Shown here: positions 58,151-64,000 of the stretch, piece after piece
Position numbering within the stretch: the stretch's first letter is position 1
Layout: every line of letters begins with the position of its first letter
NCBI GenBank assembly: GCA_963729625.1
Contig: CAVSOU010000010.1
Span: 704,001 to 768,000 of the forward strand
Length of the DNA: 64,000 nt
Source of the DNA: an uncultured bacterium
GTDB lineage: Bacteria; Chloroflexota; UBA5177; JANWHV01
Reading direction: 5' to 3'
Translations under genes and position numbers: made by a program
Notes under the pieces: model-generated
Database searches by the model: none
Told to the model about the DNA's origin: nothing
Seen by the model: the letters and a program-made list of their open reading frames with translations, nothing else

Positions 58151-58179
58151 ATTATACCATACCCCCCTATGGTATTCAA
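58151..58179 (-). promoter_or_regulatory. autoregulated promoter with operator 6
   Basis: Minus strand TTGAAT-N17-TATAAT with ATACCATACCCCCCTATGGTAT (58154-58175) filling the spacer. Confidence 0.88.
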
Positions 58180-58299
58180 GTGGCTTAGCCTCTGGGCGCA
58201 TCCCGTTGGTCGGCCTGGGCTTCGCAGCCGCTACTCCCGCCGGCCGCGACAGGTAGCGCGAGATCGGCGCGAGGCGCAAGGCACCGCCGACGAGTTGCC

Positions 58300-58516
58300 G
58301 GCCCGCAACCCCGTTCATCGCTGCCGCCGCGCCCCGATCGCCGCCGGCCGCCTGGGCGCCGCGCTCCATCGTCTGCAGGCGGGCCTCGGTCTGCGCCAGA
58401 TGCAATCCATATCGTTCCCCCAGGGCAAGTGCCAGTCGTATATCTTTGGCCATGTTCTCAAGCGTGAACCGAGGCGCGAAGTCCCCAGCAGCCATGAGAC
58501 CGGCTTTGCCAACCAT
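58300..58516 (-). pseudogene. C-terminal remnant of a beta-hydroxyacid dehydrogenase
   Basis: GDFAPRFTLENMAKDIRLAL; no N-terminal Rossmann fold. Confidence 0.65.
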
Positions 58517-58540
58517 CAGCCGCTCGGGCAGACGCGAGTC

Positions 58541-58758
58541 GGTGCACCTGCTTCACCGATCCAAAGGGGGTGCTTCGGGCCATGCTGTACTACCCGCTGA
58601 GCACCGAACGCAACGTCGACGAGCTGCTCCGGGTGGTCGATGCGTTGCAGACGACCGACGCACACGGCGTGTCGATGCCGGCTAATTGTCGCCCAGGCGA
58701 CAGCGTCGTCGTACCGGCTCCTGTCACGATGGAGCCACTCGACACCGAAGAAGCCTAG
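58541..58758 (+). pseudogene. C-terminal remnant of a Prx6-type peroxiredoxin
   Basis: LRAMLYYPLSTERNVDELLRVVDALQTTD.HGVSMPANCRPGD; peroxidatic Cys region absent. Confidence 0.75.
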
Positions 58759-58804
58759 AAGCAGGACTCCGACTACAAGCGGTGGAACTTGAGCTCAGGA
58801 AGAT

Positions 58805-58966
58805 TTAGTGCTTTCTCACCATGCGCAGCATCTTGAAGTTGATGACCACGAATCGGAAGAATTGCCAGACCGGATTTGTGCGCATCGCCCGAGTAAGAGG
58901 CAGCGGAACCGGCGGATAGTAAGTCTGCTCGTAGGGTTGGCGCTCGCCGTGAGGTAAATCGGACAT
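58805..58966 (-). CDS. 53-aa small protein downstream of sqr
   Basis: GGGAGGA RBS; MSDLPHGERQPYEQTYYPPVPLPLTRAMRTNPVWQFFRFVVINFKMLRMVRKH; below the ORF-track cutoff. Confidence 0.75.
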   Translation of the reverse strand: MSDLPHGERQPYEQTYYPPVPLPLTRAMRTNPVWQFFRFVVINFKMLRMVRKH

Positions 58967-59039
58967 TAGCGATTCCTCCCGTTAGCTGGGGTCGAGGCGT
59001 ACTCCTTACATCGATGAAGTGCTTCTAGAGAAACGTGCG

Positions 59040-60497
59040 TCATTCTGGAACAATGCGCCAGAGCGGATTGGCCTTTGCTTTGTAGATGAAGGCATAATGG
59101 AGCAACCGCTTGATCCAGTGACCTGCCAGGCCTATCTCTCCAGACGTGTACCGGAGATTGCGCCCTGTTTGGGGAAAGCGCTGATAGTCTGGCACGATCG
59201 GATACATCGTCATCGAGACCGCTGTTCCGTTGATGAAGTTGGAGCCGGTAGACGCGATACAGGCTGCGCCCATCTTTGCCAGCGACGCCTGGCGTGTCGG
59301 CACAGCGCTCTTCCCCTTGATCATGTCCACGATGTTCAGCGCTACCTGTCTGGCCATGACACCGGACGGCATGCCGGTCCGCGGCGGAGCAGAGAAGATC
59401 GGCGTTCCTGCCGGGCTCTTCATCGGTTTGGAAATAGCGTGCGGCGGCGCGAACGCAATCCCGACCGCGAATACGTTGCCATACTTCGGGCTCTGATACG
59501 TCTTCGGCCAATCCTCCGGCGACCACTCCTCGTACGGTTTGGGCTCGTACGCCCCATCCACGAGCATGAAGCCGCTCTTGGCAAACAGCGTGCTGGTGAT
59601 GTCCGTGCCATCCCTGGCAATTGCCGTGAGCCCCACGCCGGCAAACGGCGGCAGGAGCATGGAGAAGTCTGTCTGCAGGGTCCGTTCCTCACCATCGAGG
59701 TTCTCGTAGGAGATCGAGTTCTTCTCGACTTCTTTCACATGCGCACGGGTGATCCAGCGAATGCCGCGCTCCGTGTAGAGTGACTCCGTGAAGATGCGTG
59801 AGTGGGTGACATAGCCGCCTCGCTTGATATGCATCCCACCGATGCCGAAGTCCCCAAGCTCGTGCTCATTGGAAATCCAGACGATGTCCGCCCTATCTCG
59901 AACTTTTCTGCGCACCAGCTCGTGCTCGACATTGAACAGGTACTCGAATGCGGCTCCCTGGCAGGTACACGTCCCGTGACCGGTGCCAATGACGAGCGTC
60001 TTCTTCTCACCGCGCTTCATGCGCTCGACAAGCTCATCCAGAGCCCTGGAGGTCTGTGCCGCGTGGTCGTAGGTGCACACGGAGTAACTATTGTGTTTGG
60101 GGCCCAGGCCCACCGTCGCCTCGAAGTTGAGCTTCGGGCCGGTAGCATTGATCAGGTAGTCGTAGCCGACCGTATCCTGCTGCCCCTTCTTCTCTGGTGA
60201 GGTGAATTCTACGGTCACAAACGGCTGCGCGTGGGTGGCATCCCCTTCAGGATGGATACTGACGGCCTTCGCCTGGTGATAGGTAATGCCCGTCTTCTTG
60301 TACACCGGTGCCAGCGGAAAGGTAACCTGCTCGGGCTTCATCAACCCGACGCCCACCCAAATATTCGAGGGGATCCAGTTCCAGAGGCTGTTTGGCGTGA
60401 CGACGATTACCTCATGGCCGCGCTTCAGATGCATCTTGGCATAGAGTGCAGCCGTCTGACCGGCGATCCCTCCACCGAGAATCACGACACGCGCCAT
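59040..60497 (-). CDS. sqr: sulfide:quinone oxidoreductase
   Basis: GGGIAG, WIPSNIWVGVG, YSVCT, GTCTCQGAAFEY, MLLPPFAG, PPRTG, ACIAS, amphipathic C-terminus. Confidence 0.87.
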   Translation of the reverse strand: MARVVILGGGIAGQTAALYAKMHLKRGHEVIVVTPNSLWNWIPSNIWVGVGLMKPEQVTFPLAPVYKKTGITYHQAKAVSIHPEGDATHAQPFVTVEFTSPEKKGQQDTVGYDYLINATGPKLNFEATVGLGPKHNSYSVCTYDHAAQTSRALDELVERMKRGEKKTLVIGTGHGTCTCQGAAFEYLFNVEHELVRRKVRDRADIVWISNEHELGDFGIGGMHIKRGGYVTHSRIFTESLYTERGIRWITRAHVKEVEKNSISYENLDGEERTLQTDFSMLLPPFAGVGLTAIARDGTDITSTLFAKSGFMLVDGAYEPKPYEEWSPEDWPKTYQSPKYGNVFAVGIAFAPPHAISKPMKSPAGTPIFSAPPRTGMPSGVMARQVALNIVDMIKGKSAVPTRQASLAKMGAACIASTGSNFINGTAVSMTMYPIVPDYQRFPQTGRNLRYTSGEIGLAGHWIKRLLHYAFIYKAKANPLWRIVPE

Positions 60498-60736
60498 ATA
60501 CTCCTCCTCACGCTTGGCCTAAGAGCTCATGGCTAAAGTATCAGCGCATCGGACGATAGCGGCTCACCGGTGCGCGCGTACCTGCCTCACGCATGCCTCA
60601 CTCTACCACGCCACCGAGTGCTTGGCATCTTCACAACTCAGACTCCATCGAGTCGTCCGTTCTTCTCCGAGACCTGCAGTCGACGTGAAGCTTTGCAAGT
60701 AACCAGGCAAATGGCTACATAAACCACGAATCGGTG

Positions 60737-60913
60737 TCACACCCCCAGGTTCTTTAGGAATCTCAAATAGAAGGCTGCAAACACCACGACAATGCCGATG
60801 TTCACTATCAGACGTTCCCAGAATCGATTCTTGAAGAACAGTAAATCTACACTAACGACGACGGCAATCAACACGACAAGGTAAGGCACGACAGACATCT
60901 TCCTTATCGGCAT
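60737..60913 (-). CDS. 58-aa two-TM small membrane protein
   Basis: GAAAGGAG RBS; MPIRKMSVVPYLVVLIAVVVSVDLLFFKNRFWERLIVNIGIVVVFAAFYLRFLKNLGV; not in the ORF track. Confidence 0.75.
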   Translation of the reverse strand: MPIRKMSVVPYLVVLIAVVVSVDLLFFKNRFWERLIVNIGIVVVFAAFYLRFLKNLGV

Positions 60914-61420
60914 GGATTGCTCCTTTCACCCCTGCATGAGGGCCGGCGACGATGCGAGCGCGGGTGACCGACAGCGCTCCAGCGTGCATGACCCAGGGCG
61001 CCGGTATCATCATAGCGCAATCAGCGCCAGCCGCTCGTGCTGAAGCATCCAGGTAGATCAGCAGAGCCTATCGCGTGATAAGTGCGCATGCCGTTGATCG
61101 CAATGATCCACCTCGGTTTTAAGGACACCTGCTTGTTTATTGTCAAATGGCCCAGTGCGACACGACGTCGCACCATTCGACTGGAGCGTGACAGAAACGG
61201 CGCTCCCAAGTCAGTATCCGGGACTTGTCCCCACCTTCTCCGTCACCCTCTCGCAGCCGCCACGACTGGCCCACTCCGGCAGACGTGCTGTTGCTCGCTG
61301 CCGACACCACCGTTCGCCGATTCGGAAATGCGACCCCTTGTCCTGACTGTAGACGAGCGACCCAGCGCCGCCGATGATTATGGCCACGGTGCGCACGCTC
61401 GTTCTTATCAAATACGCGTG

Positions 61421-61867
61421 CTACTCCGGTGCCAACACTGTGGATAGTGGGACCCGATCGATCAAATCTGCTTCGATTCGTGCCTTGATCGCGTCGCGCA
61501 CAGTGCGATAGGCCGCAAGCTGCTCGTCCTCGCTGCCGGACGCTTTCGAGGGGTCCGGAAAGCTCCAGTGCAGCCGTTCGCGGGCTCCGGAAAAATACGG
61601 GCACGCCTCCGCCGCGTCGTCGCAGACGGTGATCACGCGATCGAATTGCTCGTGCAGATAGCGCTGCAGTGTCTTGCTCTCCTGTCCCGAGATGTCGATG
61701 CCGATCTCACCCATGGCGCGGAGAGCCAGGGCCCGCACGTGCGTGGCTTCGGTGCCGGCCGAGAAGGCCTCGAAGCGATCGCCGGCAAGCGACCGCAGCA
61801 GCCCTTCGGCCATCTGGCTGCGCGCCGAATTGTGTGTGCAGAGAAAGAGCACGCGTTTCTTGCTCAT
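61421..61867 (-). CDS. arsC: thioredoxin-type arsenate reductase (LMWP family)
   Basis: LFLCTHNSARSQMAE, ITVCDDAAEACP, HWSFPDP. Confidence 0.92.
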   Translation of the reverse strand: MSKKRVLFLCTHNSARSQMAEGLLRSLAGDRFEAFSAGTEATHVRALALRAMGEIGIDISGQESKTLQRYLHEQFDRVITVCDDAAEACPYFSGARERLHWSFPDPSKASGSEDEQLAAYRTVRDAIKARIEADLIDRVPLSTVLAPE

Positions 61868-61949
61868 GAGGTCCTCCCACTTCCTGCCGAGCAGGCAAGC
61901 TCAGCTGATGAATCAGATTAGGGCCGGCGCCGGCATGCACAGCATCTCG

Positions 61950-62741
61950 CTACGAGCTTCGCCGCAGCTGTACGGCATCCCCGACGACACGCAGGAAGTG
62001 CTCGATTCGCAACTCAAGCTCCGTCACGACGCTGGAGAATGCCAGCTGTCGGTCGGCATCGTCCTCGATCATTGACGGATCCGGGATACTCCAGTGCAGG
62101 CGCATGGGGTCACCGAGAAAGGATGGGCACACCTCTCGTATGCGATCGCAGACCGTCACCACGTAGTCGAAGGCCTGCTCGGTGAACTCGGAGAGCGGCT
62201 TGGCCCGGTAGCCGGTCGTATCCACGCCGCGCGCCTGCAGCAGAGCGAGAACCTCGGGAAGAACGGCGGTCGGGTGACTCCCGGCACTGTACGGGGCGAT
62301 CCGACCACCGCCGCACACATGGGCGAGTCCTTCCGCCAGTTGTGACCTCGCGCTGTTGTGGGTGCAGAGAAAGAGCACGCGAAGCGGCCGGTCCAGTGAC
62401 GGCTGTGACTGCTCGTCGGGCAGCGACTCACGCGCTACCTCCAAGGCATCGCCCAAGGTGGTATAGAACCGTCGCAAGCGCGGCAAGTCGAGATGATAGT
62501 AGATGTCGCGCGCGTCGGCACTGCTGCGGTGGTCCGCCACCAAACCCATGTCGCGCAGGTACTTGAGGTGGTACGACACTGCGTTCTGTGACATCTCAAG
62601 CCACTTGACCATGTCACCGCCGCGCAAATCGGTCAACGTGAGCCTGCGGAGAATGGCAAGACGCGTCTCGTCGCCCAGTGTTCGGCAGAACTGCACCATC
62701 TCAGACGTGGATGCGACGCCGGCGAGCGTGTTGGTACTCAT
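61950..62741 (-). CDS. ArsR HTH - ArsC (LMWP) fusion protein
   Basis: LGDETRLAIL, SQNAVSYHLKYLRDMGLV; then LFLCTHNSARSQLAE, TVCDRIREVCP, HWSIPDP. Confidence 0.9.
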   Translation of the reverse strand: MSTNTLAGVASTSEMVQFCRTLGDETRLAILRRLTLTDLRGGDMVKWLEMSQNAVSYHLKYLRDMGLVADHRSSADARDIYYHLDLPRLRRFYTTLGDALEVARESLPDEQSQPSLDRPLRVLFLCTHNSARSQLAEGLAHVCGGGRIAPYSAGSHPTAVLPEVLALLQARGVDTTGYRAKPLSEFTEQAFDYVVTVCDRIREVCPSFLGDPMRLHWSIPDPSMIEDDADRQLAFSSVVTELELRIEHFLRVVGDAVQLRRSS

Positions 62742-63790
62742 TACTGCACCATGCCAAGGATCATCGTTGCCTGCTCCTGAATGTCATACGGTAGAGGTAT
62801 CGTATTCTGCTGCTGGCCATTCATCACCAGCCAGCGGAACAGTTGGATCAGCGCCTGGTCATGCGCTTTGGGGTGTTCCGGCAGTAGCACCCAGGAGTAG
62901 CCGGCGATGGGATAGCTTCCCACTCCGAGCGCGTTCACGATCGAGAAGTCCGTGGCGCTGATGTACGGGCGCTGTGCCGCCGCCGTGCGCACAGTGGCGA
63001 CTGTCGGCAGCACGAAGTAGCCGAAGCGATTCTTGATCTTGGCGTACGAGATGTGATTGCTCAAGGCGTAGTCCAACTCAATGTAGCCGAGGGCGCCGGG
63101 ATGTTGTTGGATGGCCGCGGCGACGCCAGCGTTGCCGTTCCCGCCCAGGCCGCTGGGCCAGGGGACCGACTTGGCCGTGCCGATGGCGGTCTGCCAGGAG
63201 GAACTCACCGTGCTGAGGTAGTCCGTCGTGATGTAGGTGGTGCCGCTGCTATCGGAGCGGTGCACAGGGATGATCGGGAGCTTGGGTAGTGACAGCGATG
63301 GATTCAGTTTCGCGATCGCGGCATCATTCCAGACGGTGATCTTGCCCATGAAGATCGCCGCCAGAGTCGATCCGTCCAGTTGCACGGGTACCGTGATGCC
63401 CGGCAAATTGTAGGCGATGGCGACGCCGCCAAGGGCGATGGGAGCCTGGACCACCGGGCCGACGACGGCCTGGGCCGCCTGCAGCTCGGTGTCGTTCATC
63501 GGCACGTCGCTGGCACCGAAGTCGACCTGCCCCTTGCTGAACTGCTCGATGCCTGCCCCCGACCCGACCGCGCGGTACGTAATAGCCGCCGGATTGTGGG
63601 CCGAGTAGTCGGCAAAGGCCTTTGCGAAGAACGGCGCGTCAAAGGTTGAACCGGCGCCAAGCAAATGCACGACGGCATGGGCTCCGCCTCTACTGGCCGC
63701 GCGCACCGGCGCCGGCACCACCGCCGTAGCCATGCTCGCGAGACACAACGTTGTGAGGATCAGTTGTTGCCGATGAGTTGTGGTCTGCAT
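62741..63790 (-). CDS. pstS: phosphate ABC transporter substrate-binding protein
   Basis: Signal peptide, GAGSTF, GSGAGI, DFGASD, HRSDSSGTT, YPIAGYSW; TAATG overlap with the arsR-arsC fusion. Confidence 0.94.
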   Translation of the reverse strand: MQTTTHRQQLILTTLCLASMATAVVPAPVRAASRGGAHAVVHLLGAGSTFDAPFFAKAFADYSAHNPAAITYRAVGSGAGIEQFSKGQVDFGASDVPMNDTELQAAQAVVGPVVQAPIALGGVAIAYNLPGITVPVQLDGSTLAAIFMGKITVWNDAAIAKLNPSLSLPKLPIIPVHRSDSSGTTYITTDYLSTVSSSWQTAIGTAKSVPWPSGLGGNGNAGVAAAIQQHPGALGYIELDYALSNHISYAKIKNRFGYFVLPTVATVRTAAAQRPYISATDFSIVNALGVGSYPIAGYSWVLLPEHPKAHDQALIQLFRWLVMNGQQQNTIPLPYDIQEQATMILGMVQ

Positions 63791-64000
63791 TCGAATTACC
63801 CCTTTCGGAGGCCTGCCGCGTTGCTGTGGCGCATTTTCACCTCTGCCACGTGTCGGTCACCCGTGTCAATGCCGGTTAGTGCATCAACAGGAATTGCATC
63901 AATATCGTCAGTACTAGTATGCCTATCAGGCGCTATGGGCCAAGATGGCGGCGGTCGATCAGATTTCTATCCCCGTGCGGGCCCCGGTCCTCCCGCGCCG

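Noticed and set aside
1-64000. CRISPR array, prophage, integrase or rRNA
   Set aside because: No regularly spaced repeats, phage genes, recombinase motifs or rRNA-like sequence were seen. The 22-bp repeats are dispersed promoter elements.

Overview
High-GC bacterial window, possibly Chloroflexota-like or another soil taxon (a guess from gene content only). It falls into two halves, each starting at a tRNA gene. (1) 1-23.7 kb, after tRNA-Cys(GCA): a TPR/DUF2325-like gene, then a carbohydrate-utilisation locus with a sugar ABC transporter, two DUF2961/GH172 hydrolases, a DUF4185-like protein, two Gfo/Idh/MocA dehydrogenases, a lactonase-like amidohydrolase, an enolase-superfamily enzyme, a UroD-like protein, GntR, ROK and PIG-L. 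Inside this operon sits a strongly degenerate GroEL-like gene with no groES, translationally coupled to an Asp-box beta-propeller gene. (2) 24-64 kb, after tRNA-Leu(UAA): a mosaic accessory region with many decayed genes. It holds a MocR/aminotransferase/PhzF module; a MoeX-like radical SAM, TusA, DsrE and glycosyltransferase cluster whose tusA is split by an unusual IS481-like element (15-bp target duplication); a reactive-sulfur region (CstR-like repressor, six 22-bp operators, three rhodaneses, CDR-rhodanese, SQR, TauE, thioredoxin); and a pstS-arsR/arsC-arsC unit. All family calls come from motif recognition by eye and recalled knowledge; no database search was run.
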